From Entomortierella parvispora E1425 (Eukaryota > Fungi > Mortierellomycota), in assembly GCA_020891255.1 (NCBI GenBank), contig BQFW01000013.1, forward strand, positions 2,170,001 to 2,234,000: a stretch of DNA of 64,000 nt, in the 5' to 3' direction. Position numbers and translations under genes: made by a program. Below, piece after piece: positions 12,501 to 24,727 of the stretch. The notes under the pieces are model-generated. The model was not told the DNA's origin, did not search any database, and worked only from the letters and a program-made list of their open reading frames with translations. How positions within the stretch are numbered: position 1 is the first letter of the stretch; each line of letters opens with the position of its first letter.

Positions 12501-13325
12501 GCAGGCGATCCTTCTCATCCAAGTTATTTCGAGTGCTGTGACGCCACTGGAGATCTTCAGGAGAGAGATCCTCCTCATGGACTGAATCCTGTAAGAGCTG
12601 AAGACCGTAGACAAGTTGATAGGTGCTTTGCAATTGTTCATCTGGACCGGGCAGTGAACACTGAATAGGCACAGGATTGACATCCTTGGTGAAGAACGCT
12701 ATAGATTGCTGGATACTGGTAGCCGCTGATATGGACATGATTGTTTGAGGGGTCGGCGGCGGCGTCGATTGAGGGTTGAAGCAGATGTTCGTAGCGCAGG
12801 TGGCCGAGGCTTTGAAGAAAAAGAGCAAAGGCAACATTAATAAGGGTCAGGGTGGAGTTGCAGGTAGACAATAAAGACATACCTGTCAAAGAGACCGTGC
12901 GGGCAGCCTTTGTCTCGAGTTCTTCCCGTGAGATCATTGGTCCAGTCAAAGACGGCGAGGCGATGGACACACCAGACCTCCTGTTCTCGCCTAATTCTCG
13001 GCTAACGTGGATTGTGGTTCAATTTAGAGTCATTCAAACACTCATCAGATGTTGACGAGAATGAGGGTGCTTACTTCAAGGCATCTGCTTTCTGCCTGCA
13101 CTCGATGGCCTTGCCCGTTTCTCCCGAGTGATCCAGCACCTCAGCGAGCTCTCGAAGTGCATTAACCTTGCCAGTCAACGCATCAGCGCCAGCCTTCTTT
13201 TTGTTGATCTTTTCAAGGGCCTTTATGGCTCTCCAGTAAGAGATCTGAACCGGGAGTTTAGCTTCTCTAACAGATTGGATACGATCCTTTGCCTTCTCCA
13301 AAGCCTTTTGTTCCGCTGGCGTCAT
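6541..13325 (-). CDS. NLR-like protein 1: N-terminal helical/TPR-like and ARM-like regions, NACHT NTPase, ~27 HEAT repeats; ~2170 aa
   Basis: Exon model 13325-13075, 12980-12883, 12809-11478, 11372-6541 with GT-AG sites and matching phases (the small second exon is least certain). Walker A ILVQGRAGIGKTT, Walker B LFILDGMDE, VTSRP sensor, WHFLHLTFQEYFAA winged-helix motif, 33-aa repeats LPESAIGSLVDALKDGDKDVRxAAAxALGNQSE. Confidence 0.9.
6765..9415 (-). repeat. Intragenic ~99-bp (33-aa) HEAT tandem array of NLR1; ~6860-8740 is highly homogenised
   Basis: Periodic nucleotide motifs (gagtgcgtcaac.agggatcc, ggcaactcagattgat) visible about every 99 bp. Confidence 0.95.
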
Positions 13326-14254
13326 GTTTGACCCTGTTGTATACAAAGCACGTATCAGTGTCAGTCTTGCTGAGCATTCATAACTTATGGCAGCGGACAC
13401 AGTACCTTATGAGTTATTCTTGTTGTTGATAGCACGTAGAGCACGATTGCAACAGAAGAAGAAAATGATGATGAGGAAAGCGGAAAGAAAAGAAAGAAGT
13501 AACTTTGACCTCCACTAAGGTGGGCGCATCGCAGCCCCTTCCCCCCAAATCTTTTTTCTTGCCAGACCCATCTCATGTCCCCTGGGAGAACTCCAAGAGA
13601 TGGAAAAGAGAGGGCGAACACTTGTGCGACGCATTGCTGCCTTGTTCCTTCCCCCTTTGCCTTGCCGCCTTGCTCCTTCCCCCTTTGCCTTGCCGTCGGG
13701 GTGACTTTCCTCCAGGCTCGTTTTACTCATCGATTGCACACAACGTCCCAGTCTGGACTCAGTTGAAAGATGGACGTCCATGTGATTGATGCTTGGAATG
13801 AGCACGGCCATGTGGAAGATGGGTGGGGGTCAATTTTTTCAGGGCAAAGGACTTTGGTGGGCGTTGCTATTTGTTTTTGTCTGTGGTCTACATATGCAGT
13901 TCTCACGCTTTTGGGCTGGCATCTTTTGACAGTGGAACGCGTGCACGCCCCTGGACCAACGAACAAGAACAACGCGAACACATCTGCTGCACTTGCGATG
14001 AAATCGTCTTCCTGTCCCTGTCTCTCTCCTGGACCGACAAACCATGGCGCGATTGCCCTCTTCCTCTTCTCCTTCCACCTTTCTCACCTCGTGATCCCTC
14101 ATCCCCTACTCTGCTAATCATCACTTCACCCCACCTGGCGTGTCTGCTTTGCCCCATCTCTGTCAAGTCATGTCACCTCTGCCCCTCTACCCTACAAGGT
14201 AATGGACTCTTTTCTACATCCATCGCATGCAAAAACATCCTATCAATGTGGCCC

Positions 14255-14491
14255 CTCCTTTAGCTCCAGCGTGTGTCCCGGACTCTTTGATCTGCGTTCA
14301 CGCCGACCGGGGAGGTGGTCGCGATAGGATGGCCTTCATCTAAGCTGTACGCACCTTGGCGGTTGGCTCATGTGAGATTATAATGGCGAATGAAGTGCAG
14401 AGCGCATTGCCATCCATAGCGACTTCTCCTTTAGCTCCAGCGTGTGTCCCGGATATTTCATCTGCGTTCACGCCGACCGGGGAGGTAGTCG
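14255..14491. repeat. Pair of ~66-bp direct repeats (14255-14321, 14426-14491)
   Basis: ctcctttagctccagcgtgtgtcccgga...atctgcgttcacgccgaccggggaggt.gtcg occurs twice. Confidence 0.85.
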
Positions 14492-14647
14492 TGGCAATGT
14501 TGTCCAGTGTGGCTTGCCCTTGATGGGGTCCCTGTGCTGGAGTGACCTTTGTTTCTTTCAAGCGCGCGACCGGCAAGAAGGACAACGGTTCAAGGAATGC
14601 CTATTGACCTTTTTATATTTTCTTTGAGCTGAATCATAGCGAATGGC

Positions 14648-15566
14648 CATGTTTGTAGAAGGGGCGACGGTGGTCAAGGTCGTGATCTAACAGGAACAAG
14701 AACACGACGTTTCTTTTCCGTCTTTCGTCAAGGAATTCAGACTCATTGACAAGGAAGGTGCAGTAAGGCTGTACGGAGAGCTGCGTAAGTTGCCGTGCCT
14801 CTGGTCAAGTCGACGGGATCGACTCAAAGAGGAGCTACACTGACTTTTTCCCGGAGGCGTTTGGATGCCTTTGGGTCGTCCCGGAAGACTTGGGTAGAAC
14901 TGGACGTCGTGCAAAAGGAGTTAGAGGACCGCGCGGCGCGATTGTGGCCAAAAAAAAAAAAAAAAAGAGAATGCAGGAGTGGCATCGCCGTCAGGACTCA
15001 TCTAGGATCTCTGGCATTCTGCAGGCGCAACAAACATCTGGAGACATTCGTTCAACCAACTTCCTGCACCATCTACAACAAGGAGGACATCTAGCAGGTT
15101 CTGACAGGAGTTGCACAAGCTACTGAATGTGAAGTTGGCACTGTCCACGGTTTACCAAGAAGAGTACGGGGTGGAGAAAAACTCTGAAACACCGTTTCTA
15201 CCCCAAGAAGCAAGACGTATTGGATATATGGTAAGACCAGGACAGTGAAGCCAACGAATAGATCCTAACTATGCAGTTCGGATGGCTGAGCTGACAAGGT
15301 CCCGACTTTTCTTTTGAACATATACAGTGACTTTTTATCTGAATAAAAATCGCTTCTTGTGTCCGCCCAGTCCCCAGTGCTCATATTCCGAAGGAGAAAG
15401 AGAAAAGACACTCTACTTTGTCAATCCTTCCAGTGCATGCTATTGTCTATCAGGTCGCGGTTGCAGCCGACAGGCAGCCAAGTGGCGAGGAAATTAACCA
15501 TGGTAGCGCTCAGCAGTGCGAAGATCTGAAGGCCAAATTTGCACAAGTCTGTGTAAGCCCATATAG
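14648..15566 (+). pseudogene. Duplicated block (= 29103-30010) carrying a broken N-terminal remnant of a Mucoromycota repeat-associated protein family
   Basis: Direct duplicate of 29103-30010. Remnant VSFPSFVKEFRLIDKEGAVRLYGEL...RLKEELH* with stops and frameshifts; in-frame TAA where the other copy has GAA. Confidence 0.7.
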
Positions 15567-15986
15567 AATAATATATAAGTTATATTGTGCTTTGCACCTG
15601 GAAATCTTAAAAAATTAATAAAAATCGAGTTACTCGGACTCTGAAAAATACCAACTCCAGTTTTATTTTTAGTTTTCACAGATTAGTTTTAGTGACGGTG
15701 CCTAAACCCAGTAAAATTTGATATTCTTTTTCCTACTGATTCCTATATACACCTCGTTCAATCTATAGCAACGACACTATTGCTGTCGAGAGTGGTCTAG
15801 TTAGAGCCTTTCAGAACAATAACATTGCGTTTCTACTCTTTTTTTTCGGTAAAAAGACAATGTTTTTGGCAGAGTGATCTGGAACGAGGTGGCTATTAGC
15901 GGGGGATTTTCTTTCCATCTGTTTTCTCACCACCTTGCCTCTGCTCTGCCACTCACACCACTTTCCCCTCACTCCTTATTTTGACA

Positions 15987-17053
15987 ATGACAAAGTCGGC
16001 AGATATACGATGGAGAGCTGTTATTCTTTTCAATTATGGTGGTGTCCCCATGGAAACCATAATTTGGTTTCTTGGTGTTAGCCGAGACAGTGTCAAGAAG
16101 TGGACAAGTAAATCAACTTTTGTTGTGGTAACCAATCCTTCATTATTTCTGTGTTGTTGATAGTGCCATTTTCTTTTCTAGGATTCTTCAATAGTCATGG
16201 AAACGTAGAGGATACTAAAGATCCCTCAGATTCACCCTCTCCTCGCTGGCCAAAGGAGGTTAATGACCATGTGAAGCAGTATGTCTCTGAGCATCCTTGT
16301 CTTTACCTAAAAGAGCTACAAGAAGACTTGCGAGAAAACTTCCCCCAACTCAGTAACACGTCGCTTTCAACCATCTGCCGTGCCCTGAGACATGATCTCA
16401 AGTTAACGAGGAAGAAAATGGAGAAGCGTGCACGCGAGGCCATTCCGCAAGAGCGTACGGACTTCTTGTTCAGGTTGTCTCCGTTTTACCTCTATCCAGA
16501 ACAGCTCGTTTTTATTGACGAGACTGCCATGGATGGGAGATCTGCAGTGCGAGAGTACGCGTATTCCCTAATGGGGACACCTGCAGTTGTCGATATTCCA
16601 TTCCAGCGAGGGCAGCGAACTTCAACTATCGCTGCATACAACAAGTCCGGATTTTTAGCCTGGAAGCATACAGCAGGGACATTTTCAAGACAGCGTTTCC
16701 ACGACGCTTTTGTCTCTACAATTGTACCTCACCTCAACATGTACCCAATGCCCAACTCCATTGTAATCATGGATAACGCCAGGATCCATATGTACAAGGA
16801 GCTTGAGGAGGCGATTGCATCCAGAGGTGCTTTATTATTCTATCTCCCTCCTTATTCCCCTCATATCAATCCAATCGAAAACGCATTCGCGCTTTTGAAA
16901 GGCTATGTCAAAGACTATGCCAATCTTGCTTTTCGTTATGAACCGCAGCTGGTGCTTGATGTAGCTCTGCCCCTGTGCACCGAAAACACTCTACCTGTGA
17001 GCCTCATGGAAAGATGTGGATATCGTAGAGGACAGCTGAACTTGAGGGATTAA
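15987..17053 (+). CDS. IS630/Tc1-family transposase (HTH + DDE_3-type catalytic domain, DD34E), ~330 aa
   Basis: join(15987-16107,16182-17053). Exon 1 MTKSADIRWRAVILF...LGVSRDSVKKW is HTH-like; catalytic motifs LVFIDET, IMDNARIH, YLPPYSPHINPIENAF with 34 residues between D and E. Confidence 0.9.
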
Positions 17054-17065
17054 ATATCATTTTGT

Positions 17066-18663
17066 CTACTGGTCTTCATCACTTTCAGGATGGTCAACAT
17101 CCTCCATGTCATTCTGTGGTCCGTTGATCTCGGCTTCCCGAAAATTTGCAAGCCCATTAAGGTCCATATCAGGTAGTCCCATCGAATCACGAAATTCCTT
17201 GGCACTTATCTCAATTTGCCAAACCAGCCCTGCCACTCGAATTGACACCGTCCTCCATACTTGCTGTTCCACCTCAGCTGCTTGTTCTTGGCGCTGACGA
17301 AGAGAAGCCCCTTGTTGATCAAGGTGTCTCATTTGTCTGAATGTGTTTGTCGAAGGGACGGTGATAGGTGCATTGGAGGGTGCTAGACGGGCTGTAGTTC
17401 GAGCAAGATGAGCTGTCTCAATGGGCCCCAAATGTTGCAAATCCGGCTGCTGTTGAATGATGGCGGTTTGTGTCATAATACGATTCTGTGTTGCTCTTCG
17501 AAACTGCTGTCCTGGAGGTACAGCAGCCACAGCTGGTCCTGTAGCTCCTGTAGCTCCTGTTGGAACTACTTGCTTTTCCTGCAGGTAGACATAGACACTG
17601 CAGATAAGGTCTTGATTACTTGTCCTGCGGAACTCTTTTTGCCACGCTTTCCGCAAAGAGGCGTTACAATTATTGTTGTCCATTTTGACATAGTGATTTG
17701 CTGTCGCCGTGTTGTGGGGCTGCAGATACGGATGGGATCCTCGTTTCCATTCCACATTCGCAGCATGTGGAATATCCTCTACTTTTCGCCGAATCTTCGA
17801 GCAAAGGACATCGTAGTTATCTTCGCCCCAAGAATAGAGGATGGGCGATGGCCCAGGTAGATTTTTCCGCGGGCGCGTCTGCTGAAGAGGGGCACCAATG
17901 CGATAGTGGAGGACGATGGTGATCCGATCTGGTACCACGGGTGCCCCTGGTACAACAGGTGTGGCTGATCGCTGTGAAGGTGATGTAGCTGATCGCTGTG
18001 AAGGTGATGTGGCTGATCGCTGTGAAGGTGCAGGAAACAATGGGTTTCCGAATATATCCAGCTCTGCCTCCTCTGTTTCCCGAAGGTCAATACTATCTTC
18101 AAAACTGGGTTCTAGGGCTGCATTCGGATTGAAACCTGCTCTTGATGATGATCCGATATCTGGCGCTGGTACTATGATGGAGTGTGGAGCTTTAGAGAAA
18201 TCGCAAGAACAACGACGACTATAGTAAAGTCCTATTTACCTGACTCGAGATAAGTCGGCGGAGAGATACGCTCAGGTTCAGGTAGTGCCCTGCTTTTCCC
18301 TTTGTCAAGTCGAGAGGAAGGTATGGGAGGCCCCAAGCTGGAAGCATCAATATTAGCATCGTTCACCTCAGTTGCAAGAGGACGGTCATCTGCTGTAGAA
18401 GGATGAATTGTAGTGACAGTGGAAACAGAAGAGGTAGCTGGGCCAGGGGCTGCGAGAGAGGAAGTAGAGGCAACGGAAGCACTGGCAGTAGGGGCGGTAG
18501 TGACAGTAGGGGCGGTAGTGACAGTAGGGGCAGCTCCTACAGTACCAGGGGCAGAAGAGGTCCTTTGTCTCTTCCTTACTGGTAATGTGGTCTGAAGCAA
18601 TGGTAATGGATGTGAACGGGTTGAGCGTGCCATGTGAGAAGAATGGTCAAGAATGGAAGACAA
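17066..18663 (-). CDS. Unknown protein convergent with the transposase (~500 aa): low-complexity N-terminus, ~115-aa globular central domain, Q-rich/coiled C-terminus
   Basis: ORFs 18232-18663 and 17066-18040 join in frame via donor G|gtaaat (18239) and an acceptor at 18190 or 18172; the stop lies 12 bp from the transposase stop. Confidence 0.6.
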
Positions 18664-19069
18664 AAAAAAAAGTGCATGAGGCGCCAGAGAAATAATTAGT
18701 TTTGTGGCTTGTTTCCTGGGATTAAAGAATATTTTAGTCCCAACAAAAAAATGGGTTTAGTGCTAATCGAAGTTTAATTTAATAAAAAAAAAAGGAAAAT
18801 TATTGAAACGCACAATAATAAGTTTTATTTAAAAAAAAAAAAAAAAACTCTTCCTTCCTTCCTCCCTCCGCTCCTTCTCTCTCTCTCTCTCCCTCGGTCT
18901 CACGTTATTCACGCACTCATTTACCCACTACCTACTGTATATAGCACTTACGCGAACCATCCATTTCGATGAAAGGGAAAGGGATCTCCCACTTTTTAAT
19001 GCAAAAAAGAAAGGGGCAGGGGAGGCGACGTCAAGTAGCAATCCCGGAGAGGGATCAGCGGGGAGCTCA

Positions 19070-22000
19070 ATGAGTCAACCACAGAGTCCTTCATACCAAT
19101 CCGTTGCGGCAAGCACATCACCTCAACCGGTCCTCCCTCCCTCCCCCGTGCCTGAGAGTACCATGGCCAACCCTTTACTGCTGAATTGCATTGTCAAAGA
19201 CGATGTCACTCCATTCCCTGTCCAGACTCTGTCTACAGAGACAGTTGGTCTGCTCAAGGACGCCATCAAAACTGCGCTGGAGCTCAAAATACCTGCGAAG
19301 GACCTCACTCTCTGGAAAGTCCCAGAGGGAACACCCGAGGAACAATTGTCTAGTGTTTGCCTTAATGATGCAAACAAGATGAACCCTCTGTTGCGACTCC
19401 AGCATCAAGAGCTGTTCCCTCACGGCGCAGCAGATGGTATCGTCCATGTTGTCGTCCAGCCGCCTGATTTAGGTAATGCAAACTGGCTTTGGTTTCTCAC
19501 GCATGTGCTTGTATTGTATCTGACCATGCACTAATTGTCTCAGTCTTGTCCATGCACCTACCCCAGCCATAACGTCAGGCAAAAGGAAATGGCTTCCTAC
19601 TGAGCCTGATGGACGCATAGTTCGGACAAGACTGGAGGCGCCACCGTACGACAGTCGCAATGCATCGATGTCGTATAGCAAAGAAAGTTTCCGAGGGTTT
19701 CCGCTAAACGACAAGCGCAGTTTTGGGACAATCCGCACGAATATGCAATACGCCTACTTTGATCGCACCCGCTACATCACTGTGTTGGAGTCTTCTCTGC
19801 AGTTTGTGCATCTTTTCTTAAGACCGCGTCGATTTGGAAAGTCTCTCTTCCTCAGCACACTGGCTTTTTTTCATGGAGTTGAGCATAAAGAAAACCACGA
19901 CCAACTTTTCCAGGTATGTCATCACCATTCTTTCAATATTTATGTGTTGAGCTTGATTCTATGACTAAATTATTCTCATTTCTGCTGCAGGGCCTTGATG
20001 TTAGCCAGGACATTGAGAGCGGAAAAGTCACGCCTGGCCAGTACCTGATTCTGAGCTTTGATTTTTCTGCTGTTAGCCGTTCTCCTGATATGAAAGCAGC
20101 GGAGAGGAGCCTCGCTGGTATGATCAATAACAGTACTGAGGACTTCTACCAGTTGTATGCACCTTACCTCGGGGAATACACGGGAAACCAGTTGACCTAT
20201 GAATTGATTTCCTCAAGTGATCCCGTGATAAGTTTTCGTAAATGTGTAACATTGGTGCAGAAAGCCCTCAATGCCGCCAAGGAAGTGGAGGATCCACTGT
20301 TCGGAGTGAAAGGGGTAAGCCCAAGTACATTGTCATGCCATTGCAGTGACTTGTATGTGGCGCTGTCCCTAAATACAGTCTACGCTTTTCTAGATATACC
20401 TTTTAGCGGATGAATATGATGCTATCAGCAACGAGTACTTGGATCCCAATGATCCTAAACCATGGGAAAGGCTCCGTAGCAATGCAAACTCTTTGCTCAA
20501 GGCGTTCTGGGGCACTGTGAAGTCAAAGCTCGAAGACAAGTGCATCGTGAAATGCTTCATAACAGGCGTATCACCACTTTCCATGGCCGACCCTACTAGC
20601 GGATTTAATGTTGCACAAGATATATCATGGGAGGTTGAGTTCTCGGGCCTTTGTGGCCTCACCGAAGAAGACATTTACGCCGCATTACGTCTACTCAGGG
20701 AAAGTAGACCTCAGCTCGATGTCGATAAGCATCTCGACATCATGAAGGTCCACTACAATGGCTACGTATTCGCCCCGTCCTGTGAGGCTCTACATGTTTT
20801 CAACACGAACACTTGTTTCGAATATCTGGCCGTGAGTTGCAACACCGAAAATAGCCCGCTTCTGTTGAATGACCGCTAGCCGAGTCACTAACATTTCCAA
20901 TTATACTACTGCACGGCGTTAGAACCTGGCGAAAGGTAGAGAGATGAATCCATCAGCGGTCAGCAACTCTGAGGTATCTGAGCGAGCACTTCAGATTCTT
21001 GCTGCCTCGCCTATCGCAAGTAAGGTTATTAAGGAAAGCCTTACGCACCAGACCACGTCGTCTGATAATGTGGAAGATCGTGCAATCCCGTATGGGGAAC
21101 TTGTCAAGTCATTCCGACTTACGGATTTGGTACGTTTGACAGTGCACTTAAGATATTCTTCAGAACTGTCGTCATATATTTAGGCAAAGACTTCTCACCT
21201 CCTGTCCCCAATTCTTGCAGGCTAGCGATATTGCAACCAGCAAAAACGCATGGCTCTGCTACATGGTTCACATTGGTGGTCTCACATTCTGCGGTGACTC
21301 CAAGCTTCTGCGGATTCCAAATCAGGTTGCCGCCATTCGCTTTGGCAACGCCACACTGGAGCGTCACAAACTACGCCTCGAAGATGTCGATCTTGCATTT
21401 CAGAATATTGTATCAGACGGAGATATTTGTCAGGCGCTCGCATTGTACAAGCGAATTATGGAGATGCGTGATGTAGGAGTCAGCGATTTTAAGAAGACAG
21501 AGGAGAACCATCGAGACTGTTTTTACATTCCGCTGTTTGGGAATTCTCATCCGTCGTTGCGGAAAATTGGACTGGAGGTGCAAGTCACTACGGTAATACG
21601 ATGTTGACTTTTTTATGCTCGAGTGATAACAATATTCTTTTTGAGCTAATTCTTCTGTGCTGCAATGGCAAAATAGACATCTCAAAATTCCGGTCGAATC
21701 GACATGTTGATCCTGATCCCGTTAAAGAAACGAGTGCTACTGTTGGAGTGGAAAGTGATCCAGATTGACTTCTTGGATATTAACAGGTTGAGGGGATTCC
21801 AAAAAAAGGCCGATTATCTCAAAGACATGAACTATGTGAATGATGTTCTTGATCTCAAATTTGTTATGCACGATGTGTGGAGACCAGGGCAAACCATCCG
21901 AGATTGGATTCTGAATGGCGCCATCAAAGGGGCCAACACAAAGTCGCCACGTGAGCAGCTCGCGAAGTATGTCGAAAGTCCTGAGATTATGAAGTTGAAG

Positions 22001-22111
22001 GAGGACAACGACGTTACAGCGTATTTGGTTGTCGTTATCGGATCTCGCCAGATATTGTTTTGGGAGTTGGACAATGGGCAGTTCAAGAAGGATCCGCATT
22101 TGGCCGCATAG
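19070..22111 (+). CDS. Crinkler N-terminal domain + AAA-ATPase-like NTPase + PD-(D/E)XK nuclease, intact copy, ~841 aa
   Basis: Seven exons 19070-19472, 19567-19913, 19991-20314, 20394-20831, 20923-21129, 21221-21592, 21677-22111 give one open frame. CRN NTD ending IVHVVVQPP; FLRPRRFGKSLF Walker A; IYLLADEYD Walker B; GRIDMLIL...LLLEWK nuclease motif. Confidence 0.88.
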
Positions 22112-23748
22112 CTGATTGATTCGTGCAGGGTTTTCAGACACCCTCGTCCCTCATTTTCGAATAAATCATCGTCTTCGCTTTTCATCGCCGTCAACATGAC
22201 TATCAATCTCTGTCTCGGCCGACACGTACATGTTAACATTCATTGTTGCACTCCATCTCTGCCAACAAGATTTAGAAACCGGCCTTCGTTTTTGGAGGTG
22301 GGGGTTATTCTCTCTGATCGTGCCGCCTTGGCTGTGACGCCCTTATGCTCCGCTAACGAAACAATGGCTTGTAGGACATTATCCATCGGACTAGGATCAT
22401 ATATGTGTTATCTTCTTTACTCCGAACTAGCAGATTTCCTCGTGGTATCGCCCCACGCCACATTGTTTTCGGATTTTTTTTTTTTTTTCTTATTAAACAA
22501 AGAACAGATGAGGATACTACATTACGTGAGTCCTGCTGGGTGGATTCGTTGATAATGGACACCTTAAATTTGTGCTGGAGAGGCACATTGGTCAGACTCA
22601 GGGATTGCAGCGTACTCACAGGTGGACTAGCATGGGCTGCAGTAACATGTTGTTGGAACTGGTAGGACTGCCCAACAGCAGACGAGGACGGAGTAGCCGG
22701 AAACTTGTCCTTGGCCAATTCGTAGTCTTTATGACATTGAAGGCGAAACTTGATAGGGAAGATGACTCAGGTGGATGAGCGGAAGGGCCTAGCAGCACGG
22801 GCGGCTTGTCCTTGCCCAAACAGCCGTTGGCGGCAATCACTTGATACACTGCCACTTTATCAAGGGGCAAGAACCCGCTCTTTGTCTTCGCTGACCTTAA
22901 CCTGGTGAACTCTGGATCTGGTGTGGGACAGTGGTTTGTCTTCTTCTTATTCCTCATCCCCCTCAGCGATCTGAACGTCAATGTCAATTCCCACGAGCTC
23001 TTCGCCAATGGGTGTAACTGAACCCAACGATTGTTTGTTGGGTTTATTGGGTTTATTGGGTTTATTGGGCGCTTTGTCCTTGTTCTTCGTACTTTCCGTT
23101 TGGAAACATCTGGTCAACTGCTCGTCGTCATTACAGTGGTAGTAGTTTTACCTCTGCCGTTTGAATCGTGGTCCTATATTTTTTAAATGGAGGTAGCACG
23201 GGGGTCAGAGGCGTGTGACCAAAATTTTGACCCGAGGGCTGAGCCTGGAGGTTCTGAAGGGCCTTAACAGCGGCACAACATTGAACCAGTACTTTCTACT
23301 CCTTCAAAAGAAAAAGACTACCAGCCCTGAAGTTGAAACTTGAGTGTCGTGGAGAGGATCACTTTAATTCAGCTGAGTAACTTGCGTAAAATAAATATAC
23401 TACCTACTGTTGACATCTGCCGGGATCGATCGCTTCTTCTTTGTTCCCACCCCCCTCCCTTCCTTCACCCCATTGCCGCATTGCCTGGTAATCCTCTTGG
23501 CCTCTTGGTTGATCACTCGCATAGCAGTTATAGATCCTTCCCCATGCGCTACTTTTGTACCATTGTCTATTGTCTATTGTCCCTTCTTGAAGGACAGCAG
23601 TGAAATAGAGCTGCCTGTGTGGGACAAAGCAATACTTTTGATCGCTTATCAAACTACGAATGGTAGGGTAGAGTTGGGCAAGGAAAGAACTGAACTTGTA
23701 GAATCTGATGCCAATACGACGCGAATTTTACATGGAGAATCGGTACAT

Positions 23749-24650
23749 CACATTCTCCATTTCTTTAGGACCATAACTGCGAAGCCTCTGGTCTGTCGGC
23801 AATATTGTTCCCACCTTCTTCTTGAGTCGCACCGCGTCCTTGCGGCAAAGTCTCTGAACCATCAACCGATACAGTCCTGTCATAGTGATGTGTGAGACGT
23901 CTTTGGGAAGTGAATCCTAGCTGAAGCAGATCACGTCCAGCTGCAGCACAGGAATGTTGACAGGTCCTTGAATCATTGGTGTTCGTCGAATAAAGTCCTG
24001 AACCGATGCTGCTCCCCCAGAATCGAGTACCTTGACCAGAAAAAAAAACTTGGACATTTTCCCGACTGAATCCGACAGTCTCAAGTTCCAGATCAGTCGA
24101 TTGCGAAGTGACGACGACATATTGTTGTCCAAGGAGGGTCATTAGGAGCCTTCTAAAAGTTTGGCGCTCTTCGCTCTCCGTATCGGCCGCAATCTCATCC
24201 ATGCCGTCCAAGATGAAAAGAACTTTGCCCTCTCTAGCGCTAGTCGCAAGGGCCTCAGATAATGCCGCCTGACGTTGGTCATGATCTTCGCCGACAAAAA
24301 CCTCGTCACGGAACAGAGATTCTGGAGTGGTGCCTGTAAATCCTCGGAGGTTGCGCAATGGGATCCACAGTATGACATCAAACAGATCCTTCCATAGTCC
24401 ATTCTGGTGGGCATGGACAAGCTTTCTTGCAGAGCGTTGTTTTGCCAATGCCTGCTCGCCCTTGCACCAAAATCCTTCTAGGAATGTCCTCGCTTTCATT
24501 ACTATGTTTTGGTAACTTGCGCTTGTTGAAGAGTTGCTCCAGAGGGATCACTGCATCCGTATTCGTGTTTTCAACCCTCTCAAAGCTTTGTAGATGATGA
24601 AAGACTGCTGCCTGCTCTTTGTGATCTTCCTTTTTCTTTTGCCGAGATGT
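23749..24650 (-). pseudogene. Frameshifted NACHT-only fragment closely related to NLR1 (~10150-11075)
   Basis: RRILVQGRAGIGKTTLCKK, DVILWIPLRNLRGFTGTT, VLFILDGMDE and NIPVLQLDVICFS spread over several frames; no HEAT array or N-terminal exons. Confidence 0.9.
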
Positions 24651-24727
24651 TGAGTTCAAAAAAATACCAAGGAAAGAACGGAAAGCTTTTATCGCAAAGG
24701 ATTTTATTGACCTAATACCAAATGAGC

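Larger units (their letters stand above)
15567..18848. mobile_element. IS630/Tc1/mariner-like DNA transposon region with two convergent genes and AT-rich ends
   Basis: Unique segment bounded by the end of the 14.6-15.5 kb duplication and the start of the Crinkler duplication; contains the DD34E transposase. Ends are inferred; only patchy inverted similarity is visible. Confidence 0.65.

Noticed and set aside
22350-23140. Degenerate gene with NKPNKPNKP microsatellite
   Set aside because: No recognisable domain and no consistent exon chain could be built.
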